A program made the position numbers and the translations under genes. This document shows, piece after piece, positions 37,086 through 49,600 of a stretch of DNA of 64,000 bases. The notes under the pieces are model-generated. The model ran no database searches, was not told where the DNA came from, and saw only the letters and a program-made list of their open reading frames with translations. Position 1 is the first letter of the stretch. Each line of letters opens with the position of its first letter. This DNA is from Leucoraja erinacea. Taxonomy: Eukaryota. The stretch spans positions 33,294,001 to 33,358,000 of the forward strand of contig NC_073385.1 in NCBI RefSeq assembly GCF_028641065.1. Reading direction: 5' to 3'.

Positions 37086-37929
37086 GGAGAGGCTGTTATC
37101 GATACTAATACTGGACAAAATTAGAAAAAAACCCGAGCACGAAAGCTGAATATTTTTATCTACAAATGCTGCATCTTACTATAATGCTACATAAACACTT
37201 TCATTCCATTTTTGGAGTGTTAATATTCTGCGCTGCATTGTCATTAACATGCAAACACGGATGACTGGGTATTTGAAAGCAACCGTTGTCAGATGCAGTT
37301 TTGGACAGTCTCCTTTTTACCAGCAGGAGTGTCTTCAATACAAGTACTTGGCCAGGAACACAGGCTAAAAATAACCAGCATGTCAAGTGTTTTTGCTAAT
37401 GGAAGAGAACGCCTACATTTTCTTATTAGTTCATTTCCTTTCAGTTAAAAATCTCCTCGACCATCAATAATTATTTCACGGCTGAATTTGTCCAATTAAT
37501 TTCACGGCAAAGAAACAAAATCTGCAGTTTACATTGGAATGTATCACAGTAAGCGGAGCTAAGCTCTCTTTGTTCCAAGTAAATGAGACAATAATGCAAT
37601 GTTTAAGAGGTATCAATCATAATAATAGGTACAATGTCAATAAAATAAGGCACATGTGGGAACTGTACTTTCTTATTCAATTTGAGAATGGTTAAATGAT
37701 ACCTATTGCAGTACCGTCTGACTAAACTGAAGGCTTCTCCTCTGAAAAATTTGGTTTGCTTTTTAAAAAAAGGATGGAAATGTTTTCAAACTACAGCCAA
37801 AATGAACCCATAAGGTTAATCCACCCTTTATAAAGGCACAACCACTCACATTTGAGTGGCCAGTGCCAGTTATTAAAGTGTTCGTGCCAGCCGCAGAATC
37901 AAGTGACTGTGAGTACAGAGTGACTGTTT

Positions 37930-39310
37930 AGAGAGAAAACATGGAATTATAGACCAGTTAGCCTGACATCGTTGGTGGGGAAGATGCTGGAGTCAATTAC
38001 AAAAGATGAAATAGCCGCACATTTGGAAAGCAATAACAGGATCGGTTCGAGTCAGCATGGATTTACGAAGGGGAAATCATGCTTGACTAATCTTCTGGAA
38101 TTTTTTGAGTATGTAACTAGGAAAATGGACAGAGATGTAGTGTACCTGGACTTTCAGAAAGCATTTGATAAGGTCCCACATAGGAGATTAGTGGGCAAAA
38201 TTAGGGCACATGCTATTGGGGGTAGATTGCTGACATGGATAGAAAATTGGTTGGCAGACAGGAAACAAACAGAAGGGATTAATGGGTCCCTTTCAGAATG
38301 GCAGGCAGTGACTAGTGTGGTACCGCAAGGCTCGATGCTGGGACCGCAGCTCTTTACAATATACATCAATGATTTGGATGAAGGGATTCAAAGTAAATTT
38401 AGGAAATTTGCAGATGACACAAAGCTGGGTGGCAGTGTGAATTTTGAGGAGAATGCTATGAGAATGCATGGTGACTTGGACATGTTGGAGAAGTTGGCAG
38501 ATGCATGGCAGATTAAGTTTAATGTGGAAAAATGTGAGGTTATCCACTTTGGTATAAAAAACAGGAAGGCAGATTACTATCTAAATGGCATCAAGTTGGG
38601 AAAAAGGGAAGTACAATGGGATCTGGGGGTCCTTGTTCATCAGTCTATGAAAGTAAGCATGCAGGTACAGCAGGCAGTGAGGAAAGCAAATGGCAGGTTG
38701 GCCTTTATAACAAGAGGAATAGGGTATAGGAGCAAATAGGTCCATCTGCATGTGTACAGGGCCCTAGTGAGACCACAAGTGGAGTATTGTGTGCAGTTTT
38801 GGTCCCCTAATTTGAGGAAGGGCATTCTTGCTATTGAGGGAGTGCAGCGTAGGTTTACAAGGTTAATTTCTGGGATAGTGGGACTGCCATTTGCTGAGAG
38901 AATGGAGCATCTGGGCTTGTAAACTCTGGAGTTTAGATGGATGACAGGGGATCTCATATAAGATTGTTAAGGGTTTGGACATTCTAGAGGCAAGAAACAC
39001 GTTCCCGATGTTGGGGGAGTACAGAACCAGGGGCCACAGTATAAGAATAAGGGGTAAACCAGTTAGAACGGAGATGAGGAAACACTTTTTCTCACAGAGT
39101 TGTGTCTGTGGAATTCTCTGCCTCAGTGTGTGGTGGAGGCTGGTTCTCTGGATGCTTTCAAGAGAGAGCAAGATAGGGCTCTTAAAGATAGCGGAGTCAG
39201 GGGATACGGGGAGAAGACAGGAACGGGGTACTGATTGGGGATGATCAGCCATGATCACATTGCATGGCGGTGCTGGCTCGATGGGCCGAAAGACCTACTC
39301 CTGCACCTAT
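37930..39310 (+). mobile_element. 5'-truncated CR1 (RT region and 3'UTR)
   Basis: ORF 37972-38739: QHGFTKGKSCLTNL, VPQGSMLG, KFADDTKLG; same subfamily as 13300-14600. Confidence 0.95.
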
Positions 39311-39415
39311 TGTGTGTGTGAGCTGTGCAGTGTGTGTGTGTGCGTGTGAGCTGCGTGCTTGCGTCGTGGCAATGTGTAGTGTGTGTGTGTGTTGTGTGTA
39401 TGCATGCATGCATGA
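39311..39415. repeat. Imperfect (TG)n microsatellite at the CR1 tail
   Basis: Direct inspection. Confidence 0.8.
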
Positions 39416-39459
39416 CTGCACCCCCAAAGCTGCCTTCAATAACCTGGATGAGTTAAAAT

Positions 39460-40180
39460 CAATAGTCAATAGTCAATAGTCTATTTAATTGTCATTTGGA
39501 CCCCTGGAGGTCCAAATGAAATGCCGTTTCTGCAGCCATACATTACACACAAATAGACCCCAGACACAACATAATTTACATTTTACATAAACATCCATCA
39601 CATAGCTGTGATGGAAGGCCAAAAAAAAACTTATCTCTCCACTGCACACTCCCCCCCCCCCCCCCCGATGTCAGAGTCAAAGTCAAAGCCCCCGGCTGGC
39701 GATGGCGATTGTCCCGCGGCCATTAAAGCCACGCCGGGTGGTGCGAGGTCGCACACCGGGTCTTGGTGTTAGAGACCCCGGCGTGCGCTCGCAGAGTCCC
39801 GCGGCCATTCCAAGCCGCGCGGGGCAGTGATGTAGGCCCCGCTCCAGGAGCTCTTCGACCCCACAACTCGGGCGGGAGAAGTCGCCGTTGCAGGAGCCCT
39901 GAAAAGCGGTCTCCCTCCAGGGATCCGCGGGCTCCCGGTGCCGCCGTCCGCAGACCCGCAGTAGCAGCCTCCGCATCAGCAGCAGCAGCGGCAGCAGCAG
40001 CAGCAGCAGCAGCAGCAGCGGCAGCGCTCCTCCACCGCTCCACCCGCTCCGGTCTCGGCCAGCTCCGCGACGGTGAGGTGAGTCGGCACCAGAGTCCCCG
40101 GCTTCTTCTGTTGGAGGCCGCTCCTCGTTGCAGCCCCAACGACAACTGAGACCCGACGAGAAAAGGTCAGGTCTCCAGTG
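39460..40180 (-). mobile_element. GC-rich non-autonomous retroelement (family B) with internal (CAG)n
   Basis: (caatagt)n tail; minus-strand core gccttccatcacag related to 44877-44892 and 18067-18083; (cag)n at about 39977-40025. Confidence 0.65.
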
Positions 40181-40511
40181 CATATGTTTGATAGCTGGAG
40201 GAAACATGGTGAGTTGCTACACTTTCATATCTTTGGCTATCCGCTTGTTTACTGTTGTCTCTCTGTATCTTTCTTCACAGATAGTTTCACAAGCTGTCTC
40301 TTTTACAGTGGAAGTATCAAAGAATAAGTGGTAATCTTATAATCATGGGGGTCATGGATGAGGTGAATAGCCACATTCTTTAGCCCAGGGTAAGGGAATC
40401 TATAACTAATAGGCATAGGCTTAAGCTTAGAGGGGAGAAATTCCAAAGAGAACAAAGGAGCATCTTTTTCATACAGAGGATGTTGCATTCATTGAGTAAG
40501 CTTCTAGAGGA

Positions 40512-40815
40512 AATTCAAGTTCAAGTTCAAGTTACCTTTATTGTCACATGCACCAATTGGTACAGTGAGATTTGAGTTACCATAAGGCCGCACCAATCCA
40601 GATGGTAGGGGGGCCAAAGATGCGACTCGGAGAAAAGATGTATTCTCGACAAAGATGTAACTGGGAAATGGTTTCCCCTCTCCTAATCATCCCCCCCCCT
40701 CCCCCATGCCCCACATAAAAAGTACTAAAAAAACTTTTAAAACGTACTTTTTGACACACTAAAAATAATAAAAAGGGTGAAATGACAGACAAACTGCTGG
40801 CGAAGGTGGCGCTGA
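40512..40815 (-). mobile_element. Internally deleted family A element (Rex-type tail)
   Basis: Tail tttattgtcacatgcaccaattggtacagtgaga joined directly to aggccgcaccaatccag, which corresponds to about 1885. Confidence 0.75.
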
Positions 40816-40864
40816 CGTATTGGTAGAGGTGAGTACAATTATGACATTTGGAATTTAAAAGTTT

Positions 40865-41140
40865 ATAAATACAACAAGAAAACAGGTCCTTTGGCCCACT
40901 GAGTCCACACCAACCATTGATCACTCGTTCAAGCTTGTTTTATGTTGTCCCTCTTTCTCCTCCACTCCCTACATACTAGGGGAAATTTACTGAGGACAAT
41001 TAACCTGGAGCATCCAGAGGAAACCTATATGGTAATAAGTAGAACATGCAAGCTCCATCCAGACAGCAGCCAAGGTCAGTATCAAACACAGGTCTCTGGG
41101 GCCGTGAGGCAGCAGTTACACCAGCTACACCAATGTGCAT
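40865..41140 (-). mobile_element. tRNA-derived SINE
   Basis: Reverse SINE head (gtgaggcagcag), core and tail. Confidence 0.72.
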
Positions 41141-41304
41141 CGTTTTTGTGTGTGATTTTTAGAATGAACAAACCAACACAGAATAGATGAAAATATGCGG
41201 AAAGATTCCTGAACTACTTACATTCAACTTGAAGACACTTGTTTATGTTAGCTAAGTGCATTGGATGATCAAATCATGCTTGGCTCAAAATTTGCATATC
41301 AATA

Positions 41305-41590
41305 AACAATAGACAATAGACAATAGACAAAAGGTGCAGGAATAAGCCATTCGGCCGCCATTCAATGTGGTCATGGCTGATCATCCCCAATCAGTACCCC
41401 GTTCCTGCCTTCTCCCCATATCCCCTGACTCCGCTATTTTTAAGAGCCCTATCTAGCTCTCTCTTGAAAGCATCCAGAGAACTGGCCTCCACCGCCCTCT
41501 GAGGCAGAGAATTCCATAGAATCACAACTCTCTGTGAGAAAAAGTGTTTCCTCATCTACGTTCTAAATGGCTTGCTCCTCATTCCTTATC
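41305..41590 (-). mobile_element. CR1 3' end
   Basis: (caataga)n tail; matches the 3' ends at 14380-14620 and 39070-39310. Confidence 0.88.
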
Positions 41591-41644
41591 ACTGGTGAAC
41601 AAATCTGTAGCATGAATTTGGAGGATGGATCTATCTGTATTTTC

Positions 41645-41920
41645 AGCATTGGCAGCACAGCGGTTGGTAGAGCTGTCAGCACACAGTACCTGAGACCTGG
41701 GATTGATCCTGACCTTAGGTGCTGACATTGTGGGTTTGTCCAGATGCTCCGGTTTCCACCCAACTCTCTATGACGTGCTTGTTTGTAGGTTAATTAGCTA
41801 TGCGAATCGCCCCTAGTGTGTAGGAAGTGGATGAGAAAGTGGGATAGTGAAGAATTAGTGTCAATGGGTGATCGATAGTCAGTGTGGACTCGGTGGTCCG
41901 AAAGGCCTACTTCCAAGTTG
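41645..41920 (+). mobile_element. tRNA-derived SINE
   Basis: Head ttggtagagctg...gggattgatcc, core, and CR1-like tail. Confidence 0.75.
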
Positions 41921-43979
41921 TATTTTTTATTCAATCAAAATGATAATGAGTTGAAATTGGTTCATGATGTGAATGCAACGAGACATTTCAAAAAAAGAGT
42001 TGTTGAACCAACCAAACCCAACAATGTTTCAGACAATTTACATGAAATGAAACATTTGCATGAATCCCACAGAAAAAAAATAATGACTTTTCCTTCTCTC
42101 TCCAGTAGTTAATACTTCTGTCTATTTATACAATTCCATATTTTTTTCTTCTTTTCCAGTTGTAGAGTCTGTGGCGTACAGAGATAAATCATAGAAAAGG
42201 ACCCATCACCCCGATTCTTTAGGAGAGTCCCAGCTCTGTCTATTCCTTCCATAGACATTGCCTGACCCACTGAGTTCCTCCAGTACTTTGTGCTTTGCTT
42301 AAGACTCCAGCATGTGCAGTTCCTTATGTCTCTGACCTTTCACCCTGTTGAGTCTATGCTGGCCATCAATCATCCATTTACACTAATCCTTTGTTACCAC
42401 ATTTTATTCTCCTACACCCAGATTCCACCTATCAACTATGACGGTCTATTATATGGACATTTGAGTGGGAAACCAGGATTCAAAGAATGAAACACTTTCA
42501 TTCAATCTTAGAGGGATTGTCAGGAAGGTGTCACATTACACATGGTCTCTGTAAAACAGTAACAGAAATATCTGGAAAGGCTCAGCAGGTCAGGCAGTAT
42601 CAGTGGAGGGATAAGAAGAGTTGACCTCTTAGGTTTGCATTCTCACCTTTTCAGTTTGGATGAAAGGTCACCAACCAAAAACATTGTTCCTGATTCTTGC
42701 TCCAACAGAGGTTTAAGTTTAAGTTTAGATTTGTTATTGTCACCTATATCGAGGTACAGTGCCATCCAATTAAGTCAAATGATAATATACATCAATACAA
42801 TCAAGACATACCCAAGTACAAGTACAATAGATAATGCAAAGGGAAAGATACAGAGTGTAGAATATAGTTCTCAGTATTGTAGTGCACTAATTTCATAGAC
42901 AAAATCCAATGTCTACAATGGGGTAGAGGTAAATCGGTCCATACCCCAGTTTATGGGGGGACGTTCAGAAGTCTGATAACAGAGTGGAAGAAACTATTCT
43001 TGGTTTTGGTGATGCATGGTTTTGTGCTTTTGTATCTTCATTCAAACGGGGGCGAGGAGTGGAATGAATGACCAGAGTGGGTCAAGTCTTCGATTAGGTT
43101 GGCTGCTTTTCCGAGGGGGCGTGAGGTGCAGATGGTAAATGGTGGGGAGTCTGGATTGTGTAACAGTCTGGGAAACATCCAAAACACTCTGCAATTTCTT
43201 GCGCTGCTCGGCTGGCTTGGTTCTGTTTTTATTTCAGATATCCTGCTTGTGGATTACTGCCTCTTTGTAAATATAGATGCACACAATTAGTCTAAGATTC
43301 AGTATATGAGGACATCGTTAGTAAAGTTTCATACATGTCTGGATAATTAAAATTATCTTTCTTGGCAAAGCTGTCCCTCGGAGCAGAGTAGTAGATAAGT
43401 GTCCTACCAGGGCTATGAGTGAGTTATGGGTCTTTCAAGCAGGTGAAAGGTGGCAATGACTCATAGCCACCAATAAAATATCCTTTGCATAATCTCTTGT
43501 GTAGAACCAAACAATAGACATGTTTCATTTATCCTTGCTGACTGTTCTGTCAGAGGGCTTGTCATGAATAGTTCCAAGTGTTTTTTTTATTATTGCAGCA
43601 GCTCTTTGTTTAGTCCATAGATACTCTGGGATCATGAAAGCAGAAAAGAAGCGAAAATAAAGCATTACATTAAATGACCCTCCTGTACCATAAATTTCAG
43701 GAGACGCTTCACACTGCTTCCTGCAATGTGATTCCAAGTATATGGGATGCGCTCATTTAGTAAAAAGATTACCTACTATCTGCTAAATATTTTTGCCTTT
43801 TATATGATGCAACACAGACTGTAATATTTTCAAAACATTTGAATTGATGCTTTATGAAGATTTATTGCTGTGCATTTTCTATTGAATTCACTTTTGACAG
43901 GGATTAAACTATTGCTGATGATTGACAGCAGCCCTAAGATATACAGTTGAACAGATACTGCCACTGACTTTAACGGACT

Positions 43980-44110
43980 AGTCTGAAGAAGGGTCTCGAC
44001 CCGAAACGTTACCTATTCCTTCTCTCCAGAGATACTGCCTGTACCACAAAGTTACTCCAGTATTTTGCCTATCTTTGGTTTTAACCAGCATCTGCAGTTC
44101 CTTCCTACAC
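43980..44110 (+). mobile_element. Penelope-derived short element
   Basis: Hammerhead core followed by acctattccttctctccagagat...ccagcatctgcagttcc. Confidence 0.82.
43983..44010 (+). ncRNA. Candidate minimal type I hammerhead ribozyme core
   Basis: CTGAAGA-A-GGGTCTCGACCC-GAAA-C-GTT; only about 2 bp of stem I are evident. Confidence 0.58.
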
Positions 44111-44521
44111 ATACTGACATTACCTGGGACAGAAATGGGCATGAAAGAGGAGTGGAGTTCTTGGGCTCACCATGATCATATTGACTGGTGGAGCAGGCTT
44201 GAGAGGCTTGCTGGCATACTTCTGCTCCTACTCCTGTTTTCTTATGTTCTAAGAAGGGTAGGTAAAAGGTGAGACAAACATCATATCCTTTTCATGCACT
44301 GAACCATGTTGCGTTAAACCTTTGCGATATGTTTTATTTGACATCCTCTGCCCCATACTTTTAGTCTATCAAAAGTTCCCAAGAATGGGTATATGACCAG
44401 TAGGAGAGGATAGCAGGTTGTTTGGAAACAGAGATCATTTACAAGGAGAATCAAGCAAGTAATAATCTTGCACTAAACATTATTCCCTTTACCATGTATC
44501 TGTACACTGTGGATGGCTCGA

Positions 44522-45048
44522 ATGCAGCGGGACTCGGAGCTGATGCAGCGGGACTCGAAGCTGATGCAGCGGCCCGCGGCTGGGGCTGCGGGACTCAGAG
44601 CTGAGGCTGTGTGACTCAGAGCTGTTGCAGCGGGACTCGGAGCTGATGCAGCGGGACTCGAAGCTGATGCAGCGGGACTCAGAGCTGATGCAGCGGGACT
44701 CGGAGCTGAGGCTGTGGCGGGCCGACTCGGAGCGGAGAGGAGACGGCGTTCCGGCTTTCGGCAGCGGCGACATCACCACGGAGGTCTGCTGGACTGGAGA
44801 GCGGCATCTTCGGCCTGGATCGATCGCCTCAGCGCAGAGGGAGAACAAGGAGGGAAGAGACAGAGACTAAGACTTTTGCCTCCATCACAGTGAGTTGGTG
44901 CTTGGTGAACTCACTGTGGTGGATGTTAATTTGTGTTTATTGTATGTTTTGTTATTTATTGTTACTGTGTATGACTGCAAGCAACATAATTTTGTTCAGA
45001 CCAAAAGGTCTGAATGATAATAAAGGAATCAAATCAAATCAAAATCAA
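44522..45048 (+). mobile_element. GC-rich non-autonomous retroelement (family B-like) with a 21-bp minisatellite
   Basis: (gctgatgcagcgggactcgga)n at 44522-44730; core ttttgcctccatcacagtg; tail aataaagg(aatca)n; interrupts a Rex-type tail. Confidence 0.65.
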
Positions 45049-46409
45049 ATTATAATCATGTATAGTATTTCTGCTGAATGGTTAGCATGCAGAAAGTGCT
45101 TTTCACTGTACCACACTACACATGACAAATAACTAATCTAGCATGGACAAGGTGGGGCATGCTGTAAATCTCTGTGACCCTATGACTATTTAACACTAGC
45201 TTCCATCAATAACATTATTTTAATCCTCATTACTGGTACAATCCTAGTAAATATCTTCTGTCCTTCATATCCTTCATTGTGTCTGGTGTCCAGTAATGGG
45301 AACATTGATATTGTAGATAAGGGACAATTCGTGTTTTATGTGAGCCATGTTTTAGATCCTGGATCAATGCTGTTTATAAGTTCTTTGATTCTATATGCTT
45401 TTTTCACTCCTTCGTTCTTCTACCTTCAAAGATTTGTCAACAATTACCAGCTGGGTCTCTGTTTTCTTAGATAAGCCTTATAATTGTGTTGTACATTCAC
45501 TTTCATTCTCATTCTTTTTAGCAAAAGTTAGCACTTCACATTTGAGTGCATGTAATGCCATCTGACACAAGGAATTTCAGATGTGGAATCTTGAGCCAAA
45601 CTGAGGATCTCAACGGGTCAAGCAGCATCTGCGGAGGGAATGGATGTGAAGTTTCGGGTCGGGACCCCTTTTCCACAAACTGTTGAGTCAGTAAGGCATA
45701 CAAAATATGTCTAATAACCACTTCTTGAAGTCACATGCCATTTCCTCACTTGTTTAAGTCAGCCTTATATGTTGTGTCATTGGCTGATATGCAAATGTTG
45801 TCTTTAATTGCCAAGTCCATGTCATTTGAGCTGAATATTTCCCACAGTTGTTTCTTTAACAGTTGAGATTACTTTGTTTGCTGCTGGACTCTGGCTTCCT
45901 TGTATGCCAGGTCTACAAAGTAGTGGCAGTAGCATTGTGGAAGGATACAGAAGCTGGGTGCTTTCAGTTAAGAAGTGCAGAACAGTGAGTTTTTTTTTTC
46001 TTGAAGTGTATTTACTTGTCAAATGCACCAAAAATGGAAAATTGAAATTCTTACTTGCAGCAGCAAAACAGGTCTGTAAACACAGTACTCGTCGATAACA
46101 CAATTAAAAAAATAGTTAATTAAAGCAAAAATCCAATATTAGTGCATGCCAAAAACCCCAAGTTCCCAACACAACCAAGAGAGTTCATAGTTCATAGTTT
46201 AGTTGGTGTTCATAGTGTACTCCCAATTACTTTTAAACGTGAAACAACAGAGATAAAAAGTGACTTCTGTTTAAAGATTTTGATTACATTCAGTTTCCCA
46301 TTTTGCTGATCTGCATAAGGTAAGATATTAAAAAGTTAATTGTTTTTTGATTGCATTATTGAAAAATACACCATGGAAACTGGGCCTTCAGCCCATTCAA
46401 AACACACTA

Positions 46410-46728
46410 ACCATATAACCATATAACAATTACAGCACGGAAACAGGCCATCACGGCCCTACAAGTCCATGCCGAACACATTTTTTTCCCCTTAGTCCCA
46501 CCTGCCTGCACTCGTACCATAACCCTCCATTCCCTTCTCATCCATATGCCTATCCAATTTATTTTTAAATGATACCAATGAACCTGCCTCCACCACTTCC
46601 ACTGGGAACTCATTCCACACCGCTACCACTCTCTGCGTAAAGAAGTTCCCCCTCATATTACCCCTAAACTTCTGTCCCTTAATTCTGAAGTCATGTCCTC
46701 TTGTTTGAATCTTCCCTATTCTCAAAGG
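46410..46728 (-). mobile_element. CR1 3' end, same subfamily as 25695-26697
   Basis: Nearly identical peptide PLRIGKIQTR...SAGRWD. Confidence 0.92.
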
Positions 46729-46729
46729 G

Positions 46730-47260
46730 CTGACCATCGATTTAACCATTCACACTAGTTCTATGTCATCAAATGTTCTCACTCCTACACACACTAGAAG
46801 CCATTACAGTAAAGTAAGTAAAGTAACTAGTAAAGTCAATTTTATTTATATAGCACGTTTAAATCAACTCGCGTTGAAACCAAAGTGCTTTACATAAAAT
46901 AAATAATAAACTTTCCGTACATCCATAGATAAATAAAAAATAAGAAAAATGACACAACACATTAAAGAATTCAGCATGAACGTCCCCCCACAGCAGAATC
47001 AAAATTTTCCACTGTGGGGGAAGGCACCAAAAAGTTCAGTCCTCTTCCTCTGTGATCACCCATGGTCGGGGCCTATTTATATACAGAGGTCAATTAATCT
47101 ACAAACAACTTATTTGGGACATAGAAAGGAACTGAAGCACCCGGAGAGAACCCGCTCATGGAGAATGTGCAAACTCCACACAGACAGAATCCAAGGTCGG
47201 GATCGAACCCAGGTCTCTGGTGCTGTGTGGCAGTAGCCCTACCAGCCGCACCACTGTGTT
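46730..47260 (-). mobile_element. tRNA-derived SINE interrupted by 46810-47081
   Basis: B box ggatcgaaccc at about 47200; SINE tail at 46730-46809. Confidence 0.8.
46810..47081 (-). mobile_element. 5'-truncated family A element with L2-type tail
   Basis: Matches 21840-22110; TSD TACAG at 46805-46809 and 47082-47086. Confidence 0.85.
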
Positions 47261-48596
47261 GCCCTTTGTTCGTTTTAATTTCTTCATCAAATAATTCCCT
47301 CTGCAAATTACTTCTGCACTTATCAGTATTCAGCTTCATAATAATGAAATTGTTAGCAAAAAAAAGCCTGAAAATGTATGTATGTGGACAAATAGATAAG
47401 AACGAACACCTTTTCCTGATTTTCACTGAAGGGTGAACCACTCAGCCAAATGATTATGGCTCGAAGCATTAATCTCTGCCACAATAGATCAGTTCATACT
47501 TGGTTCTCACATTGTATAATGAGAGTGACATATATCCGCAGGGGTGCACAATAGAGATGACAAGCTTGTGACACATCTTTAGGTTTTCAGCAAGACAGAA
47601 GCTGAAGTCCAGTAGGAATATATTTTCAGCACCAGGCACAGTAATTAGAAGTGAAAATAATTTGCACCAAGACAGGTCCCAATGGAGGAAAAAATACTAT
47701 TTACAATTTTGAATATTTATCAAATCGTAAAGTGCATGATGGATATTTGCCCAAAGTTGTGTGACAGGTTTTCCATTACGTCTGCATGAAAAGGATATGT
47801 CAAAGTATACTTTGGGCCTTACCAGCACGGCTGTTTGTATTGCCATTCATCTTTATTCACCATCCCTCTCCCCATTTTCTAGACCTGCCAAATAAGAGAA
47901 ACTCAAAAGAAGCAGTGTAAGCAGAAATAGGCTATTTAGCTTGTCATCCCTTCTCTACCATTCAAGAAACATGACTGATTTCTCACCTCAACACCACGTT
48001 CCCCATATCCCAAGATTCCAATAGCATCCAGATTGACACACCAAACCTGCATTCCTTTTAATAACATAGAACGGTACAGCACGGGCCTTTTGGCCTACAA
48101 TGTCTGTGCCAAACATAATTCCAAGACAATCTAATCTCATCTAGAAACCTTTCAAATGCAACTATCATATCTGCCCCCAGGATCACTTTCCACTGCCATC
48201 TGTAAAAATTAGCTCCGCACATCTCCTTTAAACGTTGCCTCTTAAAGTTATACACTCTAGTTCTTGACATTTCTGTTATTATGATCAATGATTGTTAATG
48301 AAGGCTTATAAATGCTATTTGATGAATCAGCGGTCCGTATGCACAAATGAGTGCAGAACACAGGTGCTGCTGCTTCATAGCTCCAGAGATCCAGCTTTAA
48401 TCTTGGCTTTGGAGTGTGCATGTTCTTGCTGCAACAAGGTCTCTGGTTTGCTTCCTCAAGCCAAGGACATGATGATTGGTGGGTTAATCAGCTGCAGAAA
48501 CTTGTCCCAAATGTAGGTGGGTCCAGAGAAGTTGGGGGGGAGTTGATTGGGGATACAAGTGAGACGAGTAGGATTAGGGCTTGAATGTATGGACAG

Positions 48597-49125
48597 GTTG
48601 AAGAAGGGTCTCGACCTGAAACATCACCCATTCCTTCTCCCCAGAGATGCTGCCTGGCCCGCTGAGTTACTCCAGCATTTTGTGTCTATCAGCATTGAAT
48701 TTTCCAGTTTTAACTGGCCTTCCTCCTCTCCTTAACTGTTTCCCAAACTCCCCTCCATCCCCAGTTCCTCACATTATCCTGTCATTATCCTTCCCATCCC
48801 CTGTATTCTTCCATCTTTATCCCACCCTCTGGCTTTACATTTCACTCTTCTTCCCTCCTTATCTGATTTTTTTTCTCCTTTTCACCTCTCGCCTTTGTCA
48901 CTTAGTCCACCTATCTGCCAATCACACTCTCCCCACCTGTATCCACCTATCACTTGTCAGGCTTTGTCTTGCAGTCACCACTTTTCTAGCTTTCACCCCA
49001 GTACCAAGGTCAGATTGAAAAAGGGTCCTGACCCGAAACATCATCTATCCATCCCTCCACAGAGGCTGCCTAAGCTGCTGAGTTCCTCCAGAACCTTGTG
49101 TTTTGCTCAAGGTTGCAACATCTTA
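48597..49125 (+). mobile_element. Tandem Penelope pLTR-like segments with two degenerate hammerhead cores
   Basis: ttgaagaagggtctcgacctgaaacatc (about 48598) and ttgaaaaagggtcctgacccgaaacatc (about 49015), separated by a pyrimidine-rich tract. Confidence 0.72.
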
Positions 49126-49600
49126 ATTTAGTTTAATTTATTGTCACATATACCAGGGTACTGTGAAAAGCTTTTGTTGTGTGCTAACCAGTCAGAGAAA
49201 AGAATGATTACAATTGACCCATCCACAATGTACAAATACATGATCAAGGGAAATAATGTGAATAACATTTAGCGGTAGATAGTAGCTCAGGACTGCTCCC
49301 TAGTTGTTGGTAGGATGGTTCAGTTGCCTGATAATAGCTGGGAAGAAACTGTCCCTGATTCTGGAGGTGTGTGTTCTCACACTTCTGTACCTCTTGCCTG
49401 GTGGGAGAGGGGAGTTTCCAGGTTGCAACCCATCCTAGATTATGCTGGTGGCCTTGCCGAGGTAGCGTTCAATGTAAATGGAGTTCATGGAAGGGAGGTT
49501 GGTTTGTGTGATGGTCTGAGCCGTGTCCACAATTCTCTGAAATTTATTGTGGTCTTGGATGCAGCTGTTTCCAAACCATGCTGTGATGCATCCCAATAAA
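49125..49600 (-). mobile_element. Rex1/Babar 3' fragment
   Basis: tttattgtcac...gtgaaaagcttttgttg tail; ttccaaaccatgctgtgatgcatccc corresponds to GCITAWFG on the minus strand. Confidence 0.75.

Noticed and set aside
39683-40207. Poly-Ala and poly-Leu ORFs suggesting a transcription factor or signal peptide
   Set aside because: Translations of the (CAG)n tract within a repeat element.
44489-44870. Heptad-repeat ORFs (MQRDSEL)n and (SSESRCI)n
   Set aside because: Result of the 21-bp minisatellite.
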